63,972 bases of DNA from Vicugna vicugna (GCA_013265495.1 MU059972.1:699943-763914); one strand, 5' to 3'; shown: positions 34,128-45,889, counted from the first letter of the stretch. A program made the numbers and translations. Notes: generated by a model not told the origin, from the sequence alone.

Positions 34128-35934
34128 TTGTGGGAATGAAAGCACTTGTGGCCGGGGTTATTTTCGGCGTCTCTTCAGCAAGCTGCAGAGGCTGCCCGGC
34201 AGCCCGCAGGAGGGAGCACGGCAAGCGAGGCCGGCGGGCCGCCGGGAGGACCAGGCGCCCAGGGCAGGCTGGTAAGGGAGCCCGGAGAGGCCGGGCCAGG
34301 GGCCAGCGGGTGGGGGCCCAGGCGGAGTGGCACGCCTTAGAAGCCTCTGGAAGGTTCAGACCCCGAGTGACAGCCCAGCTCTGCCATGAGTGACCAGAAG
34401 TCCCTGCTGTGGTGAGGTCCCCGTGGCAGCGGGCCATCTCCCGGGCTGTCTGGGGTGACCGCCAGTGGCTGTCATCAGTCTTGGCCAGGGCGTGCGTGTC
34501 AGCGTCCACTGACGAGTCGGCTAGAGCTGAGCAATGAGAGAAAACTAGCACCAGAGCGGGGGCTTCTGGCCCCAGGACCCCTCGGTCCCGCCACGGAGAG
34601 GGTGAGGGACAGGGCTGTCGTGTCCTGCGTCCTGCGTCCGGTTCACTCTGCACCCCAGGGCGACGGGAGGCCCTGGGGCGAGGCACACTCTCCTGCAGGA
34701 AGATCCCAGCTCAAAGTGTCTCTTCTGGGTCCTGGAAGAGCTTCTAAGATCCCCCAGCCCTGGGGGCAGACTGATTTCAACCTGCACCATGTCTTCAGGG
34801 GAGGGAGTGCTGCGCTGAAGGCCGCTGGAGGATGCTGGGCTCTCCTCCCACAGCCCGTCCCTTCTTGGGAGACAGAGGCAGTCATCTGTTTTGGGGCCAA
34901 CCCTGGCCTTCAGTCGCAATTCCAAACGTCTGCTAAGTGGGGGCCGGTTACTGACGAGCGATCACCCAGCACGTCAAGGCAATCAGGTCAAGTGTTTCTG
35001 GCCACTGCGCGGCTGGATAAGCAGAGAGCATCCGGGGCCAGGCACCTGGCCCTCGGGGTCCTGAATGAAGCCCTACCTCTGGTTCAGGCCAAGGCCCGCT
35101 CGCGGATGAGGAAACTGAGGCCAGGGCCCGCATCTCACCCCCAAGGCACGTCTGGTCTGGGCCAGGATGCCAACTCCCGCCCAGGGCTGCGTCTGTCTGC
35201 TGCTGAGGGTCTGCTGAGCGCGGGTCAACCAAGGGGTGGGAGGCAACCTTGGGACCCGCGTGGCATCTGCAGTGACGGCGAGCCCCATGGCCTGTGGCTC
35301 AGTGAGGGGGGCGTTCACAGGTGTCACTGGTGGTGGGTCAATGGGGACAAGCCAGTCATCAAAACTGGAGGTGCAGGTCATGTCTGGGGAGGCAGCGCCA
35401 ACCAGGCCGCAGACTGCGGTTCCCAGAAGGGTGGGCCAGTTCCAGAGCCCACGGGTGGATGCTGCAGCCCTCGGGCTGAAGACAGTGAGTGCTGCGTCCC
35501 CTAGGCCTGCAGGGGCAGCGGAGGGGGCAACTGGGACCCGGGCATCCGGGCCGTGGGAGAGCCGAGGCCCGGGGGAACGGCAGGCACGCGGCTCCCGCCC
35601 TTCCAGGCTGGGCGAGGCCGAGGTGGTCAGCAGAGGTCGCCTCCCAGAGCCAGGGCAGGAGGGCGGGAGTGGCAGGCCCACCACGCACATGAGCAGAGGA
35701 AACCACGAGCATTCAGGAGCCACTTCCCAGAGCCTAGCTGGCGGCCCCCCTCCCGAGTAAAAGGGCTCCTGCTCCCCCTTCTCCACACACAGGCCCGAGG
35801 AGGTGCTGGGGCCTCAGACAAATTCGGCCCTGAGGGAGCAGCGGCTCTGAGCTGTCCTGCATTCCCAGATCCCGCACCCTCTCTACGCCAGACCCAGCAG
35901 GAGGGGTAGACGTGGGCCTCGTGGACCAGTTGAG

Positions 35935-36100
35935 TGAGCGAGAGCTGTGCGCACACGTGTGCCTTGTGTGGGCGTGCACGTGTGTGCCATGAGGGGCTGC
36001 GTGTGTGAGCGTGCATGAGGGGTGTGCCGTGTGCATCTGTGGGTGTGCACATGTACATGGGTGAGTGAGTGCACGTGCGTGTGGCATGTTGTGCAGGTGC
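35935..36100 (+). repeat. Degenerate (TG/CA)-rich simple repeat
   Basis: gtgtgcc, gtgcacgtgtgt and gtgtgcacatgtacatg runs. Confidence 0.75.
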
Positions 36101-36547
36101 AGAGGGAGCACAGAAGGGAGCAGGGTCTGGAGCAGTCGTGGGGCCGTGCCATGTACAGGAGGTGGTGGAGTGGGCAGGCCAGCGTGCACGGGCTGGGTGG
36201 GAAGCATGGAGCCCGCCTGGAGCAGGGGCCTGTGCTGTCCACCCACCGAGGGGGTGAGGCTGGAGTGGCCGCTGAGTTTGTGGGATGTGCTCATGCCTCC
36301 CAGAGGCGTCCAGTCCCCTTCCCATGTCCAAGCTCCCTCCACCATCACCGAGGGCCCTGGGAGCCCACGACCTCTGACCTGTCTGCAGGATCTGAGGCCG
36401 AGGGAGTGGGGGCAGGCGGCCAGGCACAGGAGGGCGCCCCCAGCCTCTGGGGTGCAGGCTCAGCTGAGGATTACAGTTCGGCCCCAGGAACATTTCACAG
36501 CAGCCCTGGCAACTGCCAGTCCTGGGCTGACAGCACGGGTCCGGGAC

Positions 36548-36651
36548 CCCTGCCATCTGCTCCCCGCAGGCCCTCGGGTCACCCTGCCGTCTGCTCCCCG
36601 CAGGCCCTCGGGTCACCCTGCCGTCTGCTCCCCGCAGGCCCTCGGGTCACC
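36548..36651 (+). repeat. 34-bp minisatellite, 3 copies
   Basis: Unit ccctgccgtctgctccccgcaggccctcgggtca at 36548, 36582 and 36616; one mismatch in copy 1. Confidence 0.97.
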
Positions 36652-37208
36652 GGCTCATCCCCCACAGCCGCCTGGGGCCAGGTGCACACACGTCCGCATG
36701 TGCAGCAGCCCCAGACAGCCGCCACCCAGTGCCTCCCCTACCGGCATCCAGCCCCGGTTGTCCTGGGGGGTCGGTTCCCCTGCCCCACCTCACACCCCGT
36801 CAGCCTGGCATCGGGGTCCTCATGTGAGTGGTGGCAGCTGTGCAGCCAGTGGGGCATGGCTTGGGGCCATTGCGGCAGAGGTGAGGGGTCACCTGCCTTT
36901 TCAGGGGGACAAGGGGCTTCTCCTTGGAGGAGGAAAGTGGCTGGCAAATCTCAATGGTGGAGAAGCCCCCCCACCTGCTCACAGTGGACGCCCCAGCAGG
37001 CTGGCCAGGAGGCGTGTCCACCAGGCAGCATGGGGGCCCTGGTGACCCCTGGGCGTGGAGGGCCTGGCCGTGCCGCCCAGAGCCAACCACAGGGTGCTGA
37101 GCCGGGGCTGCGCTCTGCCCCGCCTGCCGGGGCTGCCCCGGTTGCACATCCAGCACGGGGCCCGGGGGGATCTCTGCCGTGTCCTCATGCCCGCCCTCCC
37201 CCCCACAG

Positions 37209-37450
37209 TGATGAACGGCAGCGGCCACTCACCGACGGCCATCCACGGCGCCCCGTGCACGCCCAACGGCTTCAGCAATGGCCCGGCCACCTCGCCCACG
37301 GCCTCGCTGCCCGCGCAGCAGCTGCCCCCGGCCTGCGGGGCCCGGCAGCTGAGCAAGCTGAAGCGCTTCCTGGCCGCCCTGCAGCAGTTCGGGGGCGACA
37401 TCTCCCCGGAGATCGGGGGCCGCGTGCGCACGCTGGTGCTGGGGCTCGTG
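37209..37450 (+). CDS. CBFA2T3: CBFA2T3 exon 4, start of the NHR1/TAFH domain
   Basis: [21 protein letters not shown]...QLSKLKRFL...VRTLVLGLV; ccccacag| acceptor and |gtgagt donor. Confidence 0.98.
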
Positions 37451-37550
37451 GTGAGTGGCTGGTGGCCGGGCGGGGCGGGGGGCCCAGGCCGCGCCCCGCC
37501 CTCGGCCCGCTGCCCTCCCTGGGCTGAAGCAAGGCGTCGTCTCCCCTCAG

Positions 37551-37640
37551 AACTCCACACTGACCATCGAGGAGTTCCACGCCCAGCTCCAGGAAGCCAC
37601 CAACTTCCCTCTGAGGCCCTTCGTCATCCCCTTCCTGAAG
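37551..37640 (+). CDS. CBFA2T3: CBFA2T3 exon 5 (TAFH)
   Basis: [30 protein letters not shown]; ctcag| acceptor and |gtaagg donor. Confidence 0.98.
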
Positions 37641-37889
37641 GTAAGGCAGACCTACCTCCCCTCGTGCAGGGCCCAGGGAACCCCGAGTCCTTTTCTCTGC
37701 CGGCCCGGACCAGGCATTGCTCTCGGCCCACCCGGGGCCCTCAAGGCTCCCCATCCTTCTGGGGAACGGTGCCGAGCTGTCTGGGCCGCTTCCTGCAAAC
37801 TACTTGCCAGACCAGAGCAGTCAGCCGCCAGCCTGGTCCTCCCAGAGCTCCCAGAGTCATCCCTGTTCTTACTGGCCAAGTTCACCCAT

Positions 37890-38200
37890 CCACTTGACAG
37901 CTGTTTTTTGAGCACCTGCTGTATGCCAGCTGACAGTTGCCACAGACTCTGGAGAGGTGGGTGCAGAGCTGCAGGGAGGGAGCTTTTGATGAGGATGGAG
38001 GAGGGTGAGGGCGGATAGCAGGGAACAGAGCCTTCCAGGTAGCAAGGGCAGCGTCTGCAGAGGCCCTGTGAGGCAGGGGTGTGCCTGGCAGGTTTGAGGA
38101 GCAGTGAGGGGGCTGTGTGGCCGGGACAGAGTGAGGGGAGTGGGACAGTGGACAGACGGAGGGACAGGCAGTGGTGGGTGTTTACGGCAGTGAGCACGCG
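37890..38200 (-). mobile_element. L2 LINE fragment
   Basis: ttttgagcacctgctgtatgccag and gcagaggccctgtgaggcagggg..tttgaggagcagtgagggggc match the recalled antisense L2 3' end. Confidence 0.75.
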
Positions 38201-38289
38201 GATGGGTGAGAGGGTGTCAGATGAAAGGCAGCCGTGTGAGCCTCACGGAAGATAAGCAAGGACCAGGGCCTGTCATCGACACTTGGCGG

Positions 38290-38410
38290 TGAGCCAGGGC
38301 AGCAACAGCAGAGCTTGTGAGCAATGCAGCTTCCCAGGCCCCAGCCCAGACCCACTGAATCAGAACCTGCGCTTTAATGAGGTGCTGAGCAACACTTGTG
38401 TGCAAGAACT
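38290..38410 (+). mobile_element. MER5-type fragment
   Basis: gagcttgtgagcaatgcag..ccagacccactgaatcagaacctgcgctttaa. Confidence 0.65.
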
Positions 38411-38670
38411 GGACGGTGCAGGTGCAAGCAGGCTCGGACGTTGGACCAGCGTGCCCACAGCGGCACTTCACAGGCCTTCACTCCCCTCCGAGGGGCGCCC
38501 ATTGCCTGTGCACCTCCCCGGGTCAGGGTCCCACAGAGCTCACTTGGGAGACCCACGCCTGCCCTGTGGGGCTCTTGTTTCCTGGCTCAAGTGATGCTTC
38601 CAGCTGTGGGCCCTGCTCGCCTGCATGGTGGGGCCCTGGTGGGGCTGCCTTCCAGAGGGTCTTGAGGACA

Positions 38671-38693
38671 GACCAGACCAGACCAGACCAGAC
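38671..38693 (+). repeat. (GACCA)4 microsatellite
   Basis: gaccagaccagaccagaccagac. Confidence 0.9.
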
Positions 38694-39799
38694 GTGCCCA
38701 GGGTCAAGCCCTGACCCGCCCCTTAGCCCTGGTTGTCCTGGGCCAACCTAGTTCACCCATGCGTGTCAGTTTCTGCAGCTGTAAAGGGGGAAGGTTCTCA
38801 GGCTGCAGGGAGCAATGTGTGGAAGAATCTGGCTCGAGCTCAGTTCACGATGGGCATTGTCATCCGGGGTTTAGACATTCCACAGACGAGCTGTGCTTTG
38901 CAAGCCTCCTCGGCAGCCACCCAGGCTGAGCCCCCAGCGGCCCTGTCGAGGTTGGGGGGCCCCACACAGGCACTGCCACCAATCCGGTGAGCATGTGGGA
39001 GCCCTTGGGTCCCCACTGGGGGGGGGTGGAGCCGAGGCTGGAATCTCTCTGACTCCAAGATCCCCAGCCTTCGGAGGTGTGCCCCCAGCCCACACCTCGT
39101 TCCTGGAGGCCCTACTCTTGCCCCCACCTACGCTCCAGCCCCCTGCCCTCCTGCCCACCCCCTGCTCTGCTCACACTGGGCCGGCCAAGGGTTGGGCCCA
39201 TCTGGCCACTGTTTGCGACTCCTGCTCCTCCTTTCTGCTCTGCTGACTCCAGGCCCCCGTCTTCGGGGACACAATGCACTGCTTATGTCTGATCAGACGT
39301 CTGCAGCACACGTCCCGCCCGTGTGAGCTGCCCTGGCTTATCCGAAGAGCAGGAGTGGGGGGGCATCCCGCATCCTGCGCCCAGGCCCACCCCTGTCCCC
39401 CCAGGCACACCCCGTGAGGCGTCGGGCAGGACACGCCCGGTATGGCCAGGTGCCTCTGTCGCAGCTGTCACGGGGCTGCCAGCGCCCCGACCGCTGTCCG
39501 GGTGAGGGGTCTGCTGGCTGGGTCGCATGCCTGTGACCCCACCCGACAGGACTGTCAAGGACAGAGTTCATTCGTCTGCCTGACCTGGGGCTCCTGGGGT
39601 GTGGCCAGTCCTGCTCCCAGGGTTTGTGGCAGGAACTGCAGCTGGCCCTCCAGCTCAGACCCAGCTCCGACCTTGGGCACCTGAAACTTCCACTTCTCAG
39701 CCCTCCCCCAGTCCCTGGGGTGTGAAGCCTCCCTTCTCGGGGAGGCTCACAGGAGCCTCTGGCCCATGGTGGGAGGAGCTGGAGCCTCTCAGCTCCAAT

Positions 39800-39870
39800 T
39801 GCAGAAGAGACAGAAGTCAGAAAAGTTAAGCAACTTGCCCACGGTCACACAGCACAGCTAGGGCCCATAG
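39800..39870 (-). mobile_element. MIR fragment
   Basis: cagaaaagttaagcaacttgcccacggtcacacagc. Confidence 0.75.
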
Positions 39871-41354
39871 TCATGCAGGCTGAGTAATGATGGAGGAGGC
39901 ACGTGGCAAAGCTAGTGGAAATGTCATAAACCCTCGTTAAAGGGGGGGTGTCAGTTCCAGTGACACGTCCCTGCGCTTGTTTGTGCCACCGATTGCCCTC
40001 TGGCCTGAGTTCCCATCCGTGAAGGAGGCGGTGTCAGAACCTCCATTCAGGTTGGGGCCACGGGGAGTGGGGCCACGGGGCTCTTGCTCAGTCTGTCAGC
40101 ATCTCAGTGGCGATGCTACCCGGACACCCCCAGCCCCGGGACAGAATGGGGGCTGCGGCCCCAGAGGGAGGGGAGCCCCCCACAGTCTACCCATCTCTCT
40201 GGCCTGGGGTCCCTGTTCCCCCCACTGAGGGCCCCGGGCCCCCCGAACTCGCTCCTGATCCCAACACTGTGCATGGCCAAGGGCTGGGGCTTTCCAGAAG
40301 CTGGGAGGTGCTGCCCCACCGGGCCAGCCCTCCCCCTGCGCCGGCTTCCAGCTGGCCTCAGCTGGCCAGGAATCCAGATGTTTCCACCGCCCTGACAGCG
40401 CCCAGACCAGCCGTTGCCCACGCGGTCCCCCGCCCTGCTGGCGAGGGAGAAGGAGGGTGTTTGGCGTCTTCAGACCTCCCGGGACCTCCTTTCCCAGCTC
40501 ATGCTCCTAACGTGTTCGACAGATGGCAGGCTGGCCCCTGTTCAGCTATCCAAATAGAAAAACGGGCCTGGCAGCCGGCGCTGCCTGACAGAAACGCCCC
40601 AGCTGCCTGGTCGGTCCGTGTGGATGCACTCATGGGGGCTGGGGAGGCAGAGGCGGGCGCAGGCTGCCCGGGCAGCTCTGAGACACCATGAGAAAGTTGG
40701 GGAATCGCATTTATTTACAAATACTTAGAACTCTGGCTCTCCCAAGAGGCCTGCCGCTGGGCCTGCATGCAACCCGCACCCCCATGGTGGCTCTGGGAAG
40801 ACCGTGGAGCCCACCTGCAGCCCCCGCGCACTGGAGGCCCAGAGCCAGGGTGAGGGTGGAGGCCGGAGGTCACAGCGGTTTCACACAGTTGTCACAGGCA
40901 GTGCTCTGTGTTCCAGTCCTGTGCCCACCCTGACGTGTCATTCTGTGTCCTGTGCTGTGTGGCCTTACCGCAAATGCGGAGCCTGGTCTTCATGTCTGAC
41001 CACGGAGGTGACACACGTGGCGGCTCAGAGCAGTGCAGACACACAAGCGCACTCTGTTCAAGGCCAGGCTGGGAGCCTGCAGAAGGGGGAGGGCAGGGGC
41101 CAGCCCCGGGCGCTTCGTCCTGCACACGTGGGGTCTGCACACGTGGGAGTCCAGGCTGTGGGTTCCAAATCGCCGTGCACCCTGAGGGGCTTGGTCCCAC
41201 CTCATTCCCAGGCTGTAGTGGAGGAACTCGAGGCCCAGAGAGGTTGTGCAGCTTGCCCAAAGGCACACAGCAAGGCCAGCCACCAGCCTCCCTGCCTCAC
41301 TCGGAGCACCTCATGCCCTTACCTCCACGAGCAGTCAACCCTCGCTCCCCACAG

Positions 41355-41536
41355 GCCAATCTGCCCCTGCTGCAGCGGGAACTCCTGCACTGCGCCCGCC
41401 TGGCCAAGCAGACCCCCGCCCAGTACCTGGCCCAGCACGAGCAGCTCCTGCTGGATGCCAGCGCCTCCTCCCCCATCGACTCCTCAGAGCTCCTGCTGGA
41501 AGTCAATGAGAACGGCAAGAGGAGGACACCTGACAG
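41355..41536 (+). CDS. CBFA2T3: CBFA2T3 exon 6 (end of TAFH)
   Basis: [34 protein letters not shown]...[10 protein letters not shown]; acag| acceptor and AG|gtac donor. Confidence 0.98.
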
Positions 41537-42194
41537 GTACCTGGGGAAGGGGAGGGGCCGGCACCCCCCCCCCCGCCGCCTGACCAGAGAGCCGCCTCTG
41601 GTACCAAAGCTGAGTGGGCGCCCCAGGTCTAAAGCTGAGTGAATGCAGGTCCAAACCCGGTTGTGCTGCGTGGCTGCAGCCACCGGGCCTGTCAATCAGC
41701 GTTGGCTGCAAGGCCGCTGCCCGGCCGAGTTGCTGAGAGGCAGCCCTGTCTGGCGGTGGGGAGGCCTCCCAAGGACTCAGATGCCTGCTGGGAGGACAGG
41801 GCGGGGTCTGTCTGGCAGGAATTCCCTGGCTTTTCCCTTCGTGCTGGTCGTGTTCCCCTAGTGCCCGGGAGCCCGTTGTCCCCAAGTGCCTGGGCTGCCC
41901 TTGCTGCCGGGCGCCTGCCCTACTGGGGGGGCATCTCCCCACTGCCTCAAGGGGGGCTCGGGCTCCTTGCCTGACCGCTGTGCCCCAGGAGCCCACCCAG
42001 CGGGGTCCCCAGTCCCAGAGGAGGAGGGAGGAGGGGGCTGGGCCCCCAGCAGGCAGCTCTTATCTTTCCCGATGCTCATCTGGCTGTGTCTCCCCTCACT
42101 ATCTCTCTGCCTGCACCCTCGTCTTCCTCTCACCCCTCTGTCCACGGATCCTGGTCCCATGACCACTGGCCCCCCTGCCTGCTCGTTGGACTAG

Positions 42195-42418
42195 GACCAA
42201 AGAGAACGGGTCAGACCGTGACCCACTGCACCTCGACCACCTCAGCAAACGGCCCTGCACCCTGAGCCCTGCCCAGCGCTACAGCCCCAGCCATGGGCTG
42301 CCGCACCCCACACCACCTCCGCACTACCGCCTGGAGGACATGGCCATGGCCCACCACTTCCGTGACTCCTTCCGCCACCTTGACCCCCGGGAGCTGCGGG
42401 AGCGCCATCGGCAGCTGG
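42195..42418 (+). CDS. CBFA2T3: CBFA2T3 exon 7
   Basis: [12 protein letters not shown]...[14 protein letters not shown]...RERHRQL; ctag| acceptor and G|gtgaga donor. Confidence 0.97.
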
Positions 42419-43989
42419 GTGAGAGCACGCTGTGGGGGGTGCCCGCCAGCGGCTGTGTGCCCCACAACACCAGGGGGACAGCTGGTGCTGCCCGGTGCCA
42501 TATATCTGGAAAGGACAGACACAAAGGAAATGGGTTCAGAGAAAGGATTTGAACCTCAGAGGCCAGAGGGGAGCCCCACCCAGCTGGGCTGCACCCCAAA
42601 GCCTGAGGGACAGCCAGCTTTCCGGGACCTCTGTCCTGGGGGGCAGCCTGACATCCCCCAGCCTCAGGGCTAGGAGGGCCCCTCCCTTGGGGGTGGGTGC
42701 TGTGCCCACAGGGGTTCATGTCCTGGGGGCTGGGCAGAGACAGGCACGGGACCTAGGGCTGCTCAGGACGCACCTGTTTACGGGCAAGGTGGGTGGGCGA
42801 GGCCTGGCATGAAGGCGGCCCCCAGGTCCCAGGAGCTGCAGCCACTGCCTCCAAGGCCACGCACCCTGAGGGAGAGCAAAGGCTCCCTGAGACTCCTCAG
42901 CCCCGAGCGCCACTGACTGTGCACATCCAGCCGTGCCCTCGGGCGAGGAAGTGAGCCCCAAACACCCAGGGAGAGGACAGAGATGAGGGAGGCTGGGGCG
43001 CCACGGCATCGCCCCCAGGGCACAGGCTTCCAGCAGGGCTGTGACCTTCCAGCATCGAGACTCCCCAGGTGCCTGGGTGCACCCCTGGTCAGGTGGCTCC
43101 GTGCCTCCCTGTGAGCGGGGCCTCACAGCAGCCCTCCCCCAGTGGTGTGAGGGGTTAATACAGGGCCCGGCCCAGCAGTTACTGGTAGTGGAGTAACAGG
43201 TCCCAGTGGACCTCGTCCCCACATTAGATGCTTTACTAGGGCTAGGAGGCAGCAGCTTGAAGTGCCTGACACACCTGTGTGACGTGTCTGCACACCCACA
43301 CCACAGATGGGGAGACTGAGGCCCAGGGGGTATAACATACCCAAAGTCGGCTAGCCACGGCTGTCTGATCTTCTGACCTGCCCCTGTGCTGTATCAAAGG
43401 TGGAAAGTCCAGACCCTCCCCTACACCTCCCCCGCATATTGGTGTGGGACAGCCTGGGAGCAGCCTAGGGCACCGATGGGGGACCTAGAGGCAGGGTCAG
43501 TGGAGGCCTTGCCCTGTCCAAGGCCGTCTCTCTGCCCCCACCCTGCGGAAGCTTCCAGGGCCCAGGCCCAGGCAGCAGGTGACAGCGTCTGGCTCCCTGC
43601 AGCCGGGTCAGGCAGGTGCTAATTCCCACCCGCTTCTGCTAACGCAAAAATAAACGCCAGCTGTCAGAGAGATCTCAGCCACTATTCTGGTTGGGGCACT
43701 GGCGCGGGCCCCAGCTCTGTGGACAGCGCCTCCCACCTCTGCTGCAATCTGGGCAGAGGCCTTTCAGGTCTGGGGGCCAAGCAGGCCTAGGTGGACCCCA
43801 GCCCAGGGAGTCAGTGCCGGGACACGGTGGGGGTGGGGGGTTGCAGTGTTTGCATAAGCGGAGGAGGAGCCGTTGCGAGGGGACAGATGCTACCCTGCTG
43901 GCTGGCGAGGACTTCTCAGCTCACAGTTCTTTTGTTTCTGATTGCGGGGTAGGGACACCCCTTGTTTCAGCCTCTGGAACTGTACCAGT

Positions 43990-44290
43990 CAGGGCCTGAG
44001 GGCTCAGCTCTGGATAGGGCCAGCCTTGCTTGACCTTGGTCAACGTGTCCCCTTAACCAGCCTGGGTTTCCTCATCCATAAGGTGGAAGTGACAGTAGAC
44101 CCCTGCCCCCAGAGGCCAACAGAGGGATGAAAGGGTGAAGCGCTTGGCGCAGAGCCCTGCTCTGTACCCGGGGCTCCCCTCCAGCGCACCTCCTCTCCTC
44201 ACACCCCCGGGAGGCAGGCAGGGTAGGCAAACTGAGCCCACGGGCAGGACAAGGGCCCAGGTCCCACGGGGAATGCGAGTCAGGGCTTCC
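43990..44290. mobile_element. Inverted pair of MIR fragments
   Basis: gaccttggtcaacgtgtccccttaacc..tttcctcatccataa (sense) then caaactgagcccac..aggtcccac (antisense). Confidence 0.6.
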
Positions 44291-45009
44291 GGCCTTTCCC
44301 AGCCCCACCGTTCCCAGGAGACCACACATAGACCCGCTCACTCGAGACCCAGCAGATAAGCCAGAGCACGTCCTACCAGGCTGGAGTGCAGCCCAGGGGA
44401 CACAGAGGTGAACAGGCCACGCCGGCCATGCCCTGCAGACTGACGCCGTCTGTTGGGGGTACTGAAGAAGCAGCGAGGCACCTGTAATTACTAAACAACC
44501 AGAGATACGTGGGGCTCAGGAAGTCTGAGAGCCCAGGGCTGCCGAGGAGGAAGGGGCCTGTGACCTGGGCTTTGAACGGTGCAGGGGAGTCCAGCTGGCT
44601 CCGAGAGAGCAGTAAAGCACGGGCCGAGCCGGGCAGTCACAAGGATGCCCCTTAAGTGAGGTCTGAGGCCACTTCCCAGGCAGCAGGGGCCAGAAAGTGT
44701 GGGAGTGGCTGGATTTGCGTGGGAAGCAGGGGGTGGGGGAGGGGAGGCCAAAGCGAGGGACGGGGACCCAAGTCTCTTCCTCCCAGCACGGGAAGAGGCC
44801 AGGCCTGTTCGGCCCCCCGAGGGCAGTGCCCGGGGTTCCCGCTTTCACGCTCTCACTGTTCCCCAGGAGGGCACAGCCCATGGGCGGGGCCTGGCACAGG
44901 GGGCGGGGCCTGACTGCACAGGGAGGGGCTTCGAAAGGGCAGGTCCTGGAAGCAGGAGGGGGTGGCTAATGAGCAAGGGGCGGGGCCTTAGCGTCCACTC
45001 CCCCTGCAG

Positions 45010-45095
45010 CGGTGCACGGGTCCAGGCCTGAGGAAGTGATTGACCACCGGCTTACGGAGCGCGAGTGGGCGGAGGAATGGAAGCACCTCAACAAC
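45010..45095 (+). CDS. CBFA2T3: CBFA2T3 exon 8 (start of NHR2)
   Basis: [28 protein letters not shown]; ctgcag| acceptor and |gtgagt donor. Confidence 0.98.
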
Positions 45096-45696
45096 GTGAG
45101 TGTCGCGGCGGCGGTCGCAGGGCGCACGACGACTCCCGGGCGCTCGGCTCGGCCTGCAGGGGCTGCGGGGGCGGGGCTCGTGTGCGCCCGGCTTTGCCCT
45201 GCTCCCCCCAGGCTCAGGCTGCCGGCGGCTTCTGGCCAGCACCTCAGAAGCCTCCGTTCTCATCCCTCATTAACCTTCCAGAGGAAGGTCCCTTGGCCAT
45301 AGGGGTGGGACCCCTTCCACCCCATTTTCACGGCCATCCCTGCCACATTTCCTTTCGGGGAGGGGAGCTCATGAGAGGGCGTGTTCCCCGGGACTGCTCG
45401 GCGGGGTGGACCACACCCTGAGGGCCGGAAGCCCTGGGTTTGAGCCACCAGTCTGGGGCCCCGGGTGCTGGGGAGTCTGGGTGGAGGCTGGTGGGCCTCC
45501 CCAGCCCTGCCCAGCTGCTCAGGTGTCTCCAGGCAGTGGAAGCGGGTGTTCGGCCATCTCCCTGAGCCCCCGTGGGCAGGCCTGGTGGACGCGCTGGCCC
45601 AGCCCAGGAGTGTGGGAACATATCCCCAGCAGTCCCCCTCATCCCAGCGGCCACACCCGGCCCTCCTGCTCACGCTGCCTGCCCTCCCGCCCGCAG

Positions 45697-45889
45697 CTCC
45701 TGAACTGCATCATGGACATGGCCGAGAAGACGCGGCGGTCACTCACCGTGCTGCGCCGCTGCCAGGAGGCTGACCGCGAGGAGCTCAACCACTGGATCCG
45801 GCGCTGTAGCGGTGCCGAGGACAAGAAGAGCCCCGCGCCCACCGCCCGGCCCCTGCACGGCTCTGCAGGTGTGGAGGGGTCTCAGCTAG
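45697..45889 (+). CDS. CBFA2T3: CBFA2T3 exon 9 (NHR2)
   Basis: [36 protein letters not shown]...EGSQL; donor G|gtgtgc. An in-phase alternative donor lies after 45868. Confidence 0.93.

Noticed and set aside
36548-36651. Repeat array that might suggest CRISPR
   Set aside because: The units are head-to-tail with no spacers, the genome is eukaryotic, and there are no cas genes.
36022-37527. 501-aa ORF and other long six-frame ORFs (e.g. 34455-35504, 29487-30557, 50388-51434, 13416-14474)
   Set aside because: They are low-complexity Pro/Gly/Ala/Arg products expected from stop-poor GC-rich DNA. They have no recognisable domains, and several run through repeats, gaps or out-of-frame exons.
40053-40080. 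15-bp direct duplication (TGGGGCCACGGGGAG)
   Set aside because: Two copies only, typical of replication slippage, with no functional clue.
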